Assembly: GCA_044357055.1 (NCBI GenBank)
Contig: JBIKVD010000001.1
Span: 1-59,588, forward strand
Length of the DNA: 59,588 nt
Origin: Oligoflexales bacterium
GTDB taxonomy: Bacteria; Bdellovibrionota_B; Oligoflexia; Oligoflexales; JBIKVD01
Direction of reading: 5' to 3'
This document shows, piece by piece, positions 8,471-19,658 of the stretch. Position numbers and translations under genes: made by a program. The stretch's first letter is position 1. The number at the start of each line of letters is the position of its first letter. Below the pieces are notes generated by a model, which saw only the letters and a program-made list of their open reading frames with translations, had not been told where the DNA came from and did not search any database.

Positions 8471-9433
8471 ATGCAAAAAGTCACGATTATGTTGATCCCC
8501 GATGGGGGTAATGCTTGTAAGCAGTTCAAGGTATCTACGGGTTGGCTCTACGTCATACTTTTTATTATGGTGCCAAGCAGCTTTGCCACAGCTTTCTTTG
8601 CCCGAGACTATCTTGAACTTAAACGTGTCCATAAAGATTACCTCAATGTGATTAAGGAAAACGAGTCTTACCGTGGTGAGGCCAAGGTCGTCGTCGCCGA
8701 GCTCGATGAAGTAAAAAAGTCCTTAAAACGGGTCCAAGACTTTTCTAACAAGCTGCAAGAAATTGTTAGCCTCCAAACCAATACCGTAGCCAAGCAAACG
8801 GGTATTGGTCCCTTGTCTGATGAGGAGTACGACCAATTTCGCAAAGGAAATGGCGAGACCTTAGTCGCCTCCAACTCCCAATCCCTAAGTAGCCTGCCGC
8901 TAGGCATTAATTTGGATCGCTTAAATTTCAAGCCCGTTTTTGATAAAATGAGCGAAACTCGAATCCAGTCCGACAATCAGGCGATCGATATGCAACGCTT
9001 ATTGACGAGAGTTAACCAGCAAAAATATCTGCTCAACTCCATTCCTTCTATATTGCCCGTAGACGGCTGGGTTACCAGTAACTTTGGTCGCAGGGTCTCT
9101 CCGTTTACGGGCCAGCTAAGCTCACATCAGGGTCTAGATGTAGCCTCTCCTATTGGCACCCCCATTCATACCCCAGCTGACGGAGTGGTCATTTTCTCTG
9201 GCAAGAAGTCAGGGTATGGCAACTTCGTGATGATTGCTCACGGATATGGAATAGTCACACGCTATGGTCACAATGCGCAGAATCTGGCTCAGCCGGGGCA
9301 AAAAGTGAAAAGGGGAGAACAAATCGCTACCGTCGGGGACACAGGTCGCTCAACCGGTCCGCACCTTCATTACGAAGTTTGGGTCAACGGCAGCCCCGTC
9401 AATCCAGAGAAATTCATCCTAAATCTTCCTTGA
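8471..9433 (+). CDS. M23 (LytM-domain) murein endopeptidase with an N-terminal TM and coiled coil
   Basis: HQGLDVASPIGTPIHTPADGVV, GYGNFVMIAHGYGIVTRYGH and GDTGRSTGPHLHYEVWVNGSPVNP are present. Confidence 0.9.
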   Translation: MQKVTIMLIPDGGNACKQFKVSTGWLYVILFIMVPSSFATAFFARDYLELKRVHKDYLNVIKENESYRGEAKVVVAELDEVKKSLKRVQDFSNKLQEIVSLQTNTVAKQTGIGPLSDEEYDQFRKGNGETLVASNSQSLSSLPLGINLDRLNFKPVFDKMSETRIQSDNQAIDMQRLLTRVNQQKYLLNSIPSILPVDGWVTSNFGRRVSPFTGQLSSHQGLDVASPIGTPIHTPADGVVIFSGKKSGYGNFVMIAHGYGIVTRYGHNAQNLAQPGQKVKRGEQIATVGDTGRSTGPHLHYEVWVNGSPVNPEKFILNLP

Positions 9434-9735
9434 ACCTGCGAATCTCTCTTGCCAAGTTTGATGTGGATGTAATCTAAAACCTATCATGAAAACTCGCCAT
9501 CGTGCCTCTAAACCCGTGTCTACCCGGGAAAGGACATGGGGCTCAGAGCCTTATCTTGCGAATCTGCCATATTGTATTGAATTGGATGGTCATGATAAGC
9601 AATAACACGATAGGATGCCATTCAACGAAAGTCGTAAAAACGCTTAGCATGGCACGATCGTGCTTGCTAAAGTTACTTGTAAACCACACTTTGTAGACAC
9701 ATTCAGGTTCCAAGGCCTCACTCAAGGATATCATC

Positions 9736-12429
9736 ATGGGATTATTGACTAAAATCTTCGGCAGCCGCAACGACAAGCTGATCAAGGCGAAACAACCTCT
9801 TCTGGCTCAAGTTAACGGTTTAGAGCAGGCAATGAAGGCGCTAAGTGATGAGCAACTCCAAGGCAAAACTGCTGAATTCCGACAGCGTTTAGCTGCGGGA
9901 TCAACGCTTGCCGAGTTGCTGCCTGAAGCTTTTGCCGTGGTAAGAGAGGCCGCCTGGCGCTCCATCGGACTCAGGCATTTTGACGTACAAATTATTGGCG
10001 GTATTTTCCTCTTTGAAGGCAATATTGCAGAGATGAGGACGGGGGAAGGCAAAACACTCACCGCGACCTTGCCAGTGTATTTGCACGCATTGAGTGGAAA
10101 AGGTTCTCACGTTGTGACTGTCAACGACTACTTAGCCCGTAGGGATGCCCAAGAAATGGGCAAGATCTATGAGTTCTTGGGCTTGAAGACGGGCTGTATT
10201 GTCCACGGTCTTACGGATTTGCAGCGCCGAGAAGCCTACGCATGCGATGTCACTTATGGCATGAACAGCGAGTTTGGCTTTGACTACCTGCGTGACAACA
10301 TGAAAACCGATCCCGAGCGCCTGGTCCAAAGAGAATTGAATTTTGCCATCGTTGACGAGGTCGATTCCATTTTGATTGACGAGGCGAGAACGCCACTGAT
10401 TATTTCCGGCCCGGCAGAATCTAGCAGCGAGTTATACGATTCGGCTAATCGAGCTATTCCCGGGCTACAGAAAGACTCCGATTATATTTTGGACGAAAAA
10501 TCACGAACCGTGGCGTTGACGGAAGATGGCATCAGTAAAGTCGAGCGCCGTATGCGCGTCGATAACCTCTATGATCCAGCTAATATCTCTGCCCTCCATC
10601 ACGTTCAGCAAGCCTTGAGGGCTCACACGCTCTACAAGAAAGATGTGGATTATGTGGTCCGAGACAATAACGTCATCATAGTCGATGATAATACGGGTCG
10701 CTTACTGCCTGGCAGAAGATATAGCGACGGTCTCCACGGAGCATTGGAGGCTAAAGAACATGTGCGAATCCAATCGGAAACGCAGACCTTAGCGTCCATT
10801 TCCTATCAGAACTATTTCCGCATGTACAAAGTTCTAGCCGGCATGACGGGGACAGCTGACACGGAAGCCCTCGAGTTCAAAAAGATCTACAACTTGGATG
10901 TCTTGGTCATTCCCACTAACCAACCCATGATTCGCGATGACGTAAATGACATTGTTTATAAGACGGCCAAAGAAAAATTCTTGGCCATTGCCGACGAGAT
11001 AGAAACTGCCCATAAACGTGGCCAGCCGGTACTCGTGGGCACTTCTTCGGTCGAAAAGAGCGAGCTGCTTTCGATGCTTTTGAACAAAAGGCAGATTCCT
11101 CATGAAGTCCTCAATGCAAAGAATCATGCACGTGAAGCGGAAATCATCAAGCAGGCAGGACAAAATGGGGCCGTCACCATTGCAACAAATATGGCTGGGC
11201 GCGGAACGGATATCGTGCTGGGTGAGGGCGTACGCGAACTAGGTGGTCTATATGTTTTAGGCACGGAACGAAATGACTCGCGGAGAATCGATAATCAGCT
11301 TCGGGGGCGCTCTGGACGTCAAGGCGATCCTGGTAAGAGCCGCTTCTTCTTATCCCTCGAAGATGATTTGATCCGAATTTTTGCCAGCGACCGCATGTCC
11401 GCCCTGATGCAACGCAACATGAAAGATGGAGAGTCCATTGAAAGTGGCCTCCTAACGAGATCCATTGAAACCGCTCAAAAGCGCGTCGAAGAACAACACT
11501 TTTCGTCTAGAAAGCATTTGCTTGAGTACGACGATGTGATGAATCAGCAACGTCAGGTCGTTTATCAACGCCGCCGTCAAGCGTTGGTAGGACAAGGCGA
11601 CGTTCACTTTATGGAGCCAGCGATAGAAACGGCCGTCCAGACGATCGCGCTACGGCATGCCCCTGAGCAAACGGGAGCCGGCAAATGGGAATTAGAAACC
11701 CTGGCTCACGAAATCCATACCGAACTGCATGCAAAAGTGGACCTAAGCAAGCTCAATTTGGAAGTGGTTAATGCCCAAGCGATTGCCCAAGAAGCTTGCG
11801 AGCAAATCATCACGGGCTATCGCGGTAAAATGGCCCCATTGCCACAAGAAATCCCGCCAAAGATTGAGTCTTATATCTATTTGCAAGTCATAGATACGGC
11901 TTGGAAAGAACATCTCCAAGCTATGGATGCATTGAAGGACTCGGTGAGCTTGAGGGGATACGGGCAACGCGATCCCCTACAAGAGTACAAAAGAGAAGCT
12001 TTTGTCCTTTTTGAAGCCATGATCCATCGTATCGAAGACGATACCAGTCTCGCTTTAGTCAGAATGCCGGCACCTACCTTGGAAGCGCCCCCGCCAAAAG
12101 CAGCGATCCAGCCCGTGGATGAGAAAAAGCTCTCTTTTTCTAAGCCGGCCTCAGAACAAATAGAGCAGACGAAGCAAGCTAGGCCTACAAATTCGGAAAG
12201 CGCTCCGCCCCCTGCCAGTCCACCCGATGACGGGATGATTTATCACGGATCAAGGGCCGTACGTCGTGGGCCCCAGGAACGGGCCACTCCTGTCGCCCAG
12301 ACCATCCGTCGAGAAGCGGAGAAAGTCGGACGCAATGATCCGTGCCCTTGCGGATCGGGGAAAAAATACAAGAAATGCCACGGCGCTGCAGTAGGCTCTA
12401 CCCAAGATGAAGATGGAGTATCCCCCTAG
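9736..12429 (+). CDS. secA: Preprotein translocase ATPase SecA
   Basis: [50 protein letters not shown] and [10 protein letters not shown] are present, plus the C-terminal zinc motif [14 protein letters not shown]. Confidence 0.98.
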   Translation: MGLLTKIFGSRNDKLIKAKQPLLAQVNGLEQAMKALSDEQLQGKTAEFRQRLAAGSTLAELLPEAFAVVREAAWRSIGLRHFDVQIIGGIFLFEGNIAEMRTGEGKTLTATLPVYLHALSGKGSHVVTVNDYLARRDAQEMGKIYEFLGLKTGCIVHGLTDLQRREAYACDVTYGMNSEFGFDYLRDNMKTDPERLVQRELNFAIVDEVDSILIDEARTPLIISGPAESSSELYDSANRAIPGLQKDSDYILDEKSRTVALTEDGISKVERRMRVDNLYDPANISALHHVQQALRAHTLYKKDVDYVVRDNNVIIVDDNTGRLLPGRRYSDGLHGALEAKEHVRIQSETQTLASISYQNYFRMYKVLAGMTGTADTEALEFKKIYNLDVLVIPTNQPMIRDDVNDIVYKTAKEKFLAIADEIETAHKRGQPVLVGTSSVEKSELLSMLLNKRQIPHEVLNAKNHAREAEIIKQAGQNGAVTIATNMAGRGTDIVLGEGVRELGGLYVLGTERNDSRRIDNQLRGRSGRQGDPGKSRFFLSLEDDLIRIFASDRMSALMQRNMKDGESIESGLLTRSIETAQKRVEEQHFSSRKHLLEYDDVMNQQRQVVYQRRRQALVGQGDVHFMEPAIETAVQTIALRHAPEQTGAGKWELETLAHEIHTELHAKVDLSKLNLEVVNAQAIAQEACEQIITGYRGKMAPLPQEIPPKIESYIYLQVIDTAWKEHLQAMDALKDSVSLRGYGQRDPLQEYKREAFVLFEAMIHRIEDDTSLALVRMPAPTLEAPPPKAAIQPVDEKKLSFSKPASEQIEQTKQARPTNSESAPPPASPPDDGMIYHGSRAVRRGPQERATPVAQTIRREAEKVGRNDPCPCGSGKKYKKCHGAAVGSTQDEDGVSP

Positions 12430-12497
12430 ACGAATGAGCCTTTTGGACATGGACGCGAACATGCTACCATCGTGCTATAGCCTATTTGCATTAGGGT

Positions 12498-13004
12498 TTG
12501 AACTTGCATAGCATTACCGAATTCACCAGAACCGATGAGTCCATCATCGTTAGCCGCGTGCTGATGACCGTGCATGCGGAACTTGATCGCTCCTATCCCA
12601 ATCTCGCCCCTGCGCCAAAACAGTTTCGTAAGACGGTTTTTTCAGAGAATGATCCAACGGCTCTCAATCCCTCGGACGAAGATGACTCACCAACGCTGAT
12701 AAACCGTGCCATCCCTCCGCCACCAAAGCATCCGGATCCCGCGAAAACTCAAGCCGATTTTCTGCCGCCACCCCCTAGGAGTGACGTCAATCTATTGGAT
12801 CAGAAAGGGGAGGGGCCGAAAAAGGTGAGCAAGAATTCCAAAATACCCCGGACCCTCACCCAGGCAAATAGTCAGTTTCCAGAGTTCTCCCGGATTGAAA
12901 AAAATCCCTACCTACTGGAACGGCGGCGGCGAAAAATCATCTCTTTGAGTATCTTGATAAGCGTACTCATTGGACTAGCTTATTTGCTGATGCAGAAGGC
13001 CTAG
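12498..13004 (+). CDS. Hypothetical proline-rich protein with a C-terminal membrane anchor
   Basis: A 168-aa ORF with a TTG start. It has PPPPKHPDP and PPPPRSD tracts and a basic stretch followed by a C-terminal TM (RRRRKIISLSILISVLIGLAYLL). I recognised no family. Confidence 0.3.
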   Translation: MNLHSITEFTRTDESIIVSRVLMTVHAELDRSYPNLAPAPKQFRKTVFSENDPTALNPSDEDDSPTLINRAIPPPPKHPDPAKTQADFLPPPPRSDVNLLDQKGEGPKKVSKNSKIPRTLTQANSQFPEFSRIEKNPYLLERRRRKIISLSILISVLIGLAYLLMQKA

Positions 13005-13143
13005 CCAGTCTCTGGCAGGAAAATAAAGCTCGTGTGGCCCTTAGAGGAGGTGGATCCTTCGTCGTAGTACTCCTCAAGACACAGGCTCCGCGAGCCGGCG
13101 AGTGGATGGCGCTAAAGCGCCAATGCCTAGCTTTCTACACCCT

Positions 13144-13881
13144 TTAACTTTCCACACGTCGCCCTTCGCAGGCAGCTAATTGCATTTCAAATATTGGTAC
13201 CAGGGCTGATTCCGAAGCCTCGATGATCTGCATCACTTGCTCCTTGGTAAAGGCCGCACCTTCTGCGGTCCCTTGAATCTCCAGGAGACGGCCGCTATGG
13301 GTCATGACGACGTTCATGTCCAAATCAATTTCGCTATCTTCTTTGTAATCAATATCTACCAGCAGCTCGTCATCTTTTATACCCACGGAAATCGCCGCTA
13401 CCATGTCCATAATCGGATTCGCACGTATAGCTCCCTCGCGCAGGAGACGGTCACAGGCTAGTTTAAGCGCCACATAACCACCCGTAATAGATGCTGTTCG
13501 CGTGCCCCCATCAGCCTGAATCACGTCGCAATCGACGGTTAAAGAGAAATCTGGAATCTTCTTCAAGTCAATCACTCCGCGCAAGGAACGTCCAATCAAC
13601 CGTTGGATCTCCTGGGTACGTCCCCCTACGAACTGTCTCTCGCGCCTGGTTCTGCGACTCGTGGAACTGGGCAACATATTGTATTCCGCCGTCAACCATC
13701 CCTGGGGCGGCTGGGATCCTTTAAGAAAAGACGGAACTCCTACCTCGACGGAAACCGCACAAATCACTTTCGTTTCTCCATATTCGACTAAGACACTTCC
13801 GTGCGCCATTTTAGTAAAATTGGGTGTGAAAGACATGGGACGAGATTGGTCAGGTAGCCTACCATTAAAGCGTTGCATCAT
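13144..13881 (-). CDS. rph: Ribonuclease PH
   Basis: NGRLPDQSRPMSF..AHGSVLVEYGETKVICAVS, GRTQEIQRLIGRSLR and DCDVIQADGGTRTASITG are present. Confidence 0.92.
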   Translation of the reverse strand: MMQRFNGRLPDQSRPMSFTPNFTKMAHGSVLVEYGETKVICAVSVEVGVPSFLKGSQPPQGWLTAEYNMLPSSTSRRTRRERQFVGGRTQEIQRLIGRSLRGVIDLKKIPDFSLTVDCDVIQADGGTRTASITGGYVALKLACDRLLREGAIRANPIMDMVAAISVGIKDDELLVDIDYKEDSEIDLDMNVVMTHSGRLLEIQGTAEGAAFTKEQVMQIIEASESALVPIFEMQLAACEGRRVES

Positions 13882-13921
13882 GATTTCATTTCCTCTGAAT
13901 CAATTAGGGTGTCAAATTTGG

Positions 13922-15373
13922 TCAAAGCGGGTTAACGCGTGCTGCAAAATATCCGGGTCCACCCGTTAAATCCGTTGGTTGCTGGGCGACTTCGGTAAAG
14001 ATCTCTTCGGGATACTTTCCATCGAAGCAGGCATAACAAAAATCTGAGGCATTTTCACCTAAAGCCTGTTTAAGGCCTTGGGGGCTAAGAAAGGCCAAGG
14101 TGTCGGCGCCGATAAACTCACACATTTGTTGGGTACTCTTGTAGGCTGCAAGCAGCTTTTCACGATCTGGAGTATCGACACCATAGAAGCAAGAATGAGT
14201 GTAAGGAGGAGAACCTACACGGAAATGGATTTCCTTGGCTCCGGCGGCTCGCAACATACGAATGATCTTTAAAGAGCTTGTACCGCGGACGATAGAATCA
14301 TCAATGACGATCAAACTCTTACCATTTAGGGAGGAACAGACCGCGTTAAATTTGAGTTTAACGCCAAAATCTCTCAAACCCTGTTCAGGTTCAATAAAGG
14401 TTCTGCCCACATAATGATTGCGTATCAAACCAAGCTCTAAGGGGATCTTGGAGATTTCCGAATAACCGAGAGCCATAGGCACGCCAGAATCGGGGATAGC
14501 CACCACGACATCTGCTTTGGTGGGGTGCTCATCAGCTAAAACTTGTCCCATGCGTTTGCGCAAATTGTAGATCTCGCGACCGAAAATCCGGCTGTCCGGC
14601 CTAGCAAAATAAATGGGTTCAAAAGAACAAAAACGCTTAGGTGAGTCCCTTCGCATGCGATGGGAGCGGGGCTCTTGACCAGGAACCAATGCAACGACCT
14701 CGCCTGGATCCACCTCTCGCTCAAAGGTAGCTCCAATGAGATCCAGTGCGCAGGTTTCACTCACCACGACATAAGCGTTATTTTTGCGCCCGATAACGAG
14801 TGGTCGAAACCCGTAGGGATCGCGGATGGCATACAAGGTGTCTTCGGCTAACAAAGCCATCGAATAGGCACCGCGAATCTCATCACAAACATCAAAAATG
14901 CGATCGAGAACGGCCTCTTTCTTGCTCTTTGCCAATAAGTGCACAAAGACTTCGGTATCAGAAGTCGAAGTAAAAATACTTCCTGATTCTTCCAGACGCT
15001 CGCGCAACTCATCGGCATTGGTAAAATTGCCATTTGTAGCAATCACCAATCGGCCATGTCGCGGTATAGAGAAGGAAAAGGGTTGGACATTCTGCATCAT
15101 TTGACCGCCGTGGGTCGAGTAGCGCACGTGTCCGACGGCAGTATCACCGACGAGGGTTTGTAAAATCTCTTTATTAAAAGCATCGCCCACGAGCCCATAG
15201 GCGCGATGATCATGGAACTTGATCTCGCCACCGAGTTGACCACGTGCAACAATCCCGCAAGCCTCTTGGCCTCGATGTTGGAGAGCATATAAAGACAAAA
15301 ATACAAAATGCGCCGCCTGGGCATCACCAATAACGGCCGCAACCCCACACTCTTCTTTTAGCTCTTCTGACAT
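13922..15373 (-). CDS. purF: Amidophosphoribosyltransferase (propeptide-containing, Fe-S type)
   Basis: MSEELKEECGVAAV places a propeptide before the catalytic Cys. HVRYSTHG, the PRPP loop VIDDSIVRGTS and the C-terminal CYACFDGKYP are present. Confidence 0.95.
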   Translation of the reverse strand: MSEELKEECGVAAVIGDAQAAHFVFLSLYALQHRGQEACGIVARGQLGGEIKFHDHRAYGLVGDAFNKEILQTLVGDTAVGHVRYSTHGGQMMQNVQPFSFSIPRHGRLVIATNGNFTNADELRERLEESGSIFTSTSDTEVFVHLLAKSKKEAVLDRIFDVCDEIRGAYSMALLAEDTLYAIRDPYGFRPLVIGRKNNAYVVVSETCALDLIGATFEREVDPGEVVALVPGQEPRSHRMRRDSPKRFCSFEPIYFARPDSRIFGREIYNLRKRMGQVLADEHPTKADVVVAIPDSGVPMALGYSEISKIPLELGLIRNHYVGRTFIEPEQGLRDFGVKLKFNAVCSSLNGKSLIVIDDSIVRGTSSLKIIRMLRAAGAKEIHFRVGSPPYTHSCFYGVDTPDREKLLAAYKSTQQMCEFIGADTLAFLSPQGLKQALGENASDFCYACFDGKYPEEIFTEVAQQPTDLTGGPGYFAARVNPL

Positions 15374-15478
15374 GCCTGCTCCAATCCTGCAGAGGTCGAC
15401 CCCGGACTAGAAAGGAGCCTTGATATCACGTTTCGCGCAGACAATCTAGGCAGCAAGATCACTTGGGCCGTAGGTCTC

Positions 15479-15510
15479 CCAAGTTGCCAAAAAAACAAGC
15501 CTTTATGTCT
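15479..15510 (-). terminator. Putative intrinsic terminator between purL and purF
   Basis: On the minus strand, CAATCCTT - 9-nt loop - AAGGCTTG forms an 8-bp stem with one mismatch, followed directly by TTTTTTT (the A7 run at 15479-15485 on plus). It lies about 92 nt downstream of the purL stop. Confidence 0.45.
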
Positions 15511-15601
15511 TCAAGGATTGACGGTGACATGCTGCCGGGACCATGAAAAAAGACCAAAGATAGAAAGAGTGAGGCAATAACAAACCATGGAGTCAAGACC
15601 G

Positions 15602-17929
15602 CTAAGAAAGTGGCCCATCCCATACTCGGGGAATCACCGCTATAGAAGAATTGATGCGTATTCCCTCACCCGCGCGAATATCTCCCATCTCTTCTAAAAC
15701 CAATTCTGTGCCGGCAAGCCCAGCGACAAAACTTGCCGGAATCAACTCCCCACTCACGATTAAATAGCTGGCAGATCGCTCACCAAAAAGCTCACTGTTG
15801 ATTTGGCTCCCAGCTATTTTTAGATCGGCACCTAAACCCTTACCAAGCATTTTGGCTAAGGTCGTAAGCAAGCCACCATCTCCAACATCGCGACACGCAT
15901 GGATAGCTGGGAACTTTTGAAATAGCTTTGGCAGAAAATGGATAGCCTCTTGTTCTTGAGACCAGGAAATCAGGTAGGGAAGGGATGTCCTTGTAGGCTC
16001 GCTTCGTGGCCCTGCTTCACTGACCTGCTCCGCTGTTTCCATTTGCTCGGCTACCAAGGAGGAGCCAAAACCAGGTTTGGAGGTTTTTCCTCGAAGCAAA
16101 TACAAATAGCCTGGCTCTTCCGCGCTACCGGGTTTGCTTATCGTGATATCGTCGACACGCCCCACCATACCAATCATCGGTGTTGGCACAATACTCACTC
16201 CATCGGTTTCGTTGTACAAACTCACGTTGCCGCTAACAATCGCGACTTGCAGAGCTTTGCAGGCCTCTGAAATGCCGGCCACCGCATCCACAAACTGACC
16301 CATCACGGGGGGACGTTCTGGATTCCCGAAGTTCATACAGTCCGTCGCAGCAAGTGGCACTCCCCCTGCTGCTGCAATCATCCGAGCTGATTTCAAGATG
16401 CCATGTTGGCCGCCAAATTTAGCATTTGCAGCGCAATACCGCACAGAACAAGCACTTGAGATCGCCAGGCCAAGGCGATCTTCTTTCGCCATCCCGCGAT
16501 CTTGGGCCCTCTCATCCCATAGGTGCATCACCGCAGCACCGCCATGGCCCGAATGAAAACGTGTGCGGCTGCCGATGTGATGATCATACTGGCGGCAAAC
16601 CCAAGCCTGGCCAGAGCTCGCGCTCAAGCAAGCATCAAGAACTTGTTGTAGTCCTTTCTCTGAAATCTTTTGGCTCACTTTCAAAGACTGCGCTTCTGAC
16701 ATCAAAACAGGTACCTGGCTGGAGACTTCATAGGGTCGCTCATACTGGGGAGCGCTATCGGCCAAAGGCGCGATGGGCAGGTCCACTTCAACGACGCCCT
16801 GATAGCTGATCTGCATGCGTCCAGTCTCAGTGACCACACCTATGACGTCATGTGCTAGCTCCCACTTGGCGAGCATGGCCTGCAAAGGCTGCCAATTCTT
16901 AGGCTCGATGACCATAAGCATCCTCTCCTGGGATTCGGAGAGCATCAATTCATAGGCGCTCATATTTTGCGTGCGAACGGGAACGCGGTCCAGATCAATA
17001 AATATCCCTGTGCCAGCCCTATCAGCCATCTCAAATGACGATGAGGTAAGCCCTGCCGCTCCCATATCTTGCAGCCCAATCACTAGACCCAAGCGCAAGG
17101 ATTCCAAGGTTGCCTCAAGAAGCAATTTTTCGGTAAAGGGGTCACCGACCTGCACCGCAGATCGTTCTCCCTGGGTTTGGCTGGCGAAAGAGTCAGAAGC
17201 CATAGTAGCTCCGTGAATCCCATCTCGACCGGTGGCTGAGCCGACGTAAACCACAAGATTTCCTGGCCCGTTAGCAAAACCCTTGAAAATTTCATCTTCG
17301 TGAATCAGCCCGACGGTCATCGCATTGACCAGGCAATTGCCATCGTAGCTCGGGTCAAAAGCCATGTTGCCGCCCACAGTGGGAATCCCCACGCAATTGC
17401 CATAATCACCGATGCCTTTAACAACATTTTCCACTAAATGCCGGGTCTTGGGATGGGACTTGCTACCAAAGCGAAGGCAGTTCAGATTGGCGATGGGGCG
17501 GGCTCCCATGCAAAAAACGTCACGCAAGATTCCGCCCACGCCGGTCGCTGCACCCTGATAGGGTTCGATATAACTAGGATGATTATGGCTCTCCATTTTG
17601 AAAGCCACACACAGGCTGTCTTTTAGCCGCACGACACCGGCATTCTCCCCAGGCCCTACAACAACCTGCGGCCCGGTCGTGGGCAATTTTTTAAGATGAA
17701 CCTTCGATGATTTGTAGCTGCAATGCTCACTCCACATCGCCGAAAAAATCCCAAGCTCGGTAAAACTTGGCTTTCTCCGTAAAATTGCGAGAATATTCTC
17801 GTACTCCGAAGGCGATATCTTATGTTTCTTTAGCACTCTATGCAGCTCTTCGCCTACCCAGGAAATCTCTTTAGCGACGGCGAAATTCTTAAGACTGCGA
17901 AATTTTTCGTGGACATTGGATTCAATCAT
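15602..17929 (-). CDS. purL: Phosphoribosylformylglycinamidine synthase subunit PurL (FGAM synthase II)
   Basis: [35 protein letters not shown], the two AIR-synthase-like repeats and a size of 775 aa all fit. Confidence 0.95.
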   Translation of the reverse strand: MIESNVHEKFRSLKNFAVAKEISWVGEELHRVLKKHKISPSEYENILAILRRKPSFTELGIFSAMWSEHCSYKSSKVHLKKLPTTGPQVVVGPGENAGVVRLKDSLCVAFKMESHNHPSYIEPYQGAATGVGGILRDVFCMGARPIANLNCLRFGSKSHPKTRHLVENVVKGIGDYGNCVGIPTVGGNMAFDPSYDGNCLVNAMTVGLIHEDEIFKGFANGPGNLVVYVGSATGRDGIHGATMASDSFASQTQGERSAVQVGDPFTEKLLLEATLESLRLGLVIGLQDMGAAGLTSSSFEMADRAGTGIFIDLDRVPVRTQNMSAYELMLSESQERMLMVIEPKNWQPLQAMLAKWELAHDVIGVVTETGRMQISYQGVVEVDLPIAPLADSAPQYERPYEVSSQVPVLMSEAQSLKVSQKISEKGLQQVLDACLSASSGQAWVCRQYDHHIGSRTRFHSGHGGAAVMHLWDERAQDRGMAKEDRLGLAISSACSVRYCAANAKFGGQHGILKSARMIAAAGGVPLAATDCMNFGNPERPPVMGQFVDAVAGISEACKALQVAIVSGNVSLYNETDGVSIVPTPMIGMVGRVDDITISKPGSAEEPGYLYLLRGKTSKPGFGSSLVAEQMETAEQVSEAGPRSEPTRTSLPYLISWSQEQEAIHFLPKLFQKFPAIHACRDVGDGGLLTTLAKMLGKGLGADLKIAGSQINSELFGERSASYLIVSGELIPASFVAGLAGTELVLEEMGDIRAGEGIRINSSIAVIPRVWDGPLS

Positions 17930-17939
17930 TGGTGGTTTC

Positions 17940-18656
17940 CTAGAGCATACTTTTCACGAAGGCATCCCAAATCAAAAGACCATCCTGGCTCCCAACAAGC
18001 ATGGGATCGCAGGCTCGTTCTGGGTGTGGCATCATGCCCATGATCCGACCAGAGGCATCCGTCACTCCGGCAATGTTTTCCAAAGCCCCATTGGGATTTG
18101 CCGTGGAATTCACCAAGCCTTGGTCATCGGCATATTGGAACAGGATTTGTCCTCCAGCTTTTAGCTGACGAAGTCCCGCCTCATCCAAATAATAGCGACC
18201 CTCTCCGTGAGCGATGGGGACCCTGAGAGTCTTGCCGCGTAAAGCTTTGTGATAGCCACTTGTTCCTTCCCCGGCGGCAAGGTTGACAAAGCGACAGAGG
18301 AATTTCTGGGAAAGATTTTTTAATAAGACGCCGGGCAGCAAACGCGCCTCAGTCAAAATTTGAAAGCCATTGCAAATACCGATAACGGCGGCGCCTTGTT
18401 TTATGAGATCCGGCAACCCTGCCATCAGCGGCGAATGGGAGGCAAGCGCTCCGCCCCGCAGATAATCCCCATAGCTAAAGCCACCTGGGATAATGAGACC
18501 ATCTAAGCCATCGGGCAATGGTTCTGTATGCCAGATTTTGATGAGGGATAAGTCATAGAATTTCTTTAGCACCAAGAGGCAGTCTGCATCACAATTAGAA
18601 CCGGGAAATTGCGCTAGACCAATCCTGAGCTTTTCAACTCCAGATAAGCGTTTCAT
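17940..18656 (-). CDS. purQ: FGAM synthase glutaminase subunit PurQ
   Basis: [28 protein letters not shown] and MPHPER are present. Confidence 0.92.
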   Translation of the reverse strand: MKRLSGVEKLRIGLAQFPGSNCDADCLLVLKKFYDLSLIKIWHTEPLPDGLDGLIIPGGFSYGDYLRGGALASHSPLMAGLPDLIKQGAAVIGICNGFQILTEARLLPGVLLKNLSQKFLCRFVNLAAGEGTSGYHKALRGKTLRVPIAHGEGRYYLDEAGLRQLKAGGQILFQYADDQGLVNSTANPNGALENIAGVTDASGRIMGMMPHPERACDPMLVGSQDGLLIWDAFVKSML

Positions 18657-18895
18657 GAGTCCAACCTTCTGACCGTAAATACCTCGCTGACGGGATTGGC
18701 CAGAAATTCCATGGCAATTTCGTTAATGGTTGGAAGGAGATCGCCCTGGGCGCTGCCCATATCGATTACAAAACGCTTTGAGGCCCGAATGTCTTTTATT
18801 TGGTCTTTTCCAAGTCGAACCAGTGTTTGGCGTATGGCTCGCCCCTGGGGATCAAGGACTTCCTGTTTCAGTTCTACAATGACCTCAAATTTCAT
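18653..18895 (-). CDS. purS: FGAM synthase subunit PurS
   Basis: MKFEVIVELKQEVLDPQGRAIRQTL has the typical PurS sequence and size. AGAGGG lies 6 nt upstream of the ATG at 18895. The longer listed ORF (to 18919) would overlap sdhB. Confidence 0.85.
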   Translation of the reverse strand: MKFEVIVELKQEVLDPQGRAIRQTLVRLGKDQIKDIRASKRFVIDMGSAQGDLLPTINEIAMEFLANPVSEVFTVRRLDS

Positions 18896-18905
18896 GCTTA
18901 ACCCT

Positions 18906-19658
18906 CTATGACTCACCAAGCAAGCTTGCGTGCAAGTATTCTCGATTCAATTTAGCAATATAAGAAACGCTGATTTCTTTGGGGCAAGCGGCCTCACAAT
19001 CAAAGGTATTGGTGCAGTGGCCAAATCCTTCCTTGTCCATTTGCTCCACCATATTTTGGGCCCGTTGGGACCGTTCCACCTGTCCTTGAGGCAATAAAGC
19101 CAGTTGTGAAACTTTGGCAGAGACAAAGAGCATGGCCGAAGCATTCTTACAGGCAGCCACACAGGCTCCACAACCAATACAGGTGGCTGCATCAAAAGCC
19201 TGATCGGCCTGAACTTTGGAAATCGGCAAGGCATTGGCATCTTGTGCTGATCCCGCATTTACAGAGACAAAGCCACCGGCTTGAATCACGCGATCAAAGG
19301 CACTGCGATCGACGATCAAGTCCTTCAGGACTGGAAAAGCCCTAGCTCGCCAAGGCTCTATCACAATCTCATCACCGTCTTTAAAACTGCGCATATGCAA
19401 TTGGCAGGTGGCAACGCCTTTGCCAGGTCCATGAGGCTTGCCATTAATCATCAAACTGCAGCTTCCGCAAATCCCTTCGCGGCAATCATGTTCAAAGGCA
19501 ATGGGTTCCTCGCCTTTGTCTAGCAGTGACTCATTGACGACATCCAACATTTCCAAAAAGGACATGTCTGGGCTGACTTTGTCCGCAACGTAAGGAACCA
19601 TCTTTCCACTGGATTTGTCATTGGCTTGACGCCATACCTGCAAGGTAATCTTCATCAC
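18906..19658 (-). CDS. sdhB: Succinate dehydrogenase / fumarate reductase iron-sulfur subunit
   Basis: Cys clusters [26 protein letters not shown] and [13 protein letters not shown] are present. ATGA-type overlap with sdhA. Confidence 0.92.
   Translation of the reverse strand: MMKITLQVWRQANDKSSGKMVPYVADKVSPDMSFLEMLDVVNESLLDKGEEPIAFEHDCREGICGSCSLMINGKPHGPGKGVATCQLHMRSFKDGDEIVIEPWRARAFPVLKDLIVDRSAFDRVIQAGGFVSVNAGSAQDANALPISKVQADQAFDAATCIGCGACVAACKNASAMLFVSAKVSQLALLPQGQVERSQRAQNMVEQMDKEGFGHCTNTFDCEAACPKEISVSYIAKLNREYLHASLLGES

Noticed and set aside
9437-9565. Repeated 9-mer TGCGAATCT (9437-9445 and 9557-9565) in the secA upstream region
   Set aside because: A single 9-nt repeat within about 300 nt is close to chance expectation, and there is no surrounding symmetry.
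9486-9605. 39-codon upstream ORF (MKTRHRASKPVSTRERTWGSEPYLANLPYCIELDGHDKQ) in the 302-nt secA leader, considered as a SecM-like regulatory peptide
   Set aside because: It has no Shine-Dalgarno sequence before the ATG, no signal-peptide-like segment and no recognisable arrest motif. It ends 130 nt before secA. The listed ORFs 9502..9696 and 9543..9785 in the same gap are equally unsupported.
18896-18919. Longer PurS start (MVSHRGLS...) overlapping sdhB
   Set aside because: The internal ATG at 18895 has a good AGAGGG ribosome-binding site and yields the canonical PurS N-terminus MKFEV.
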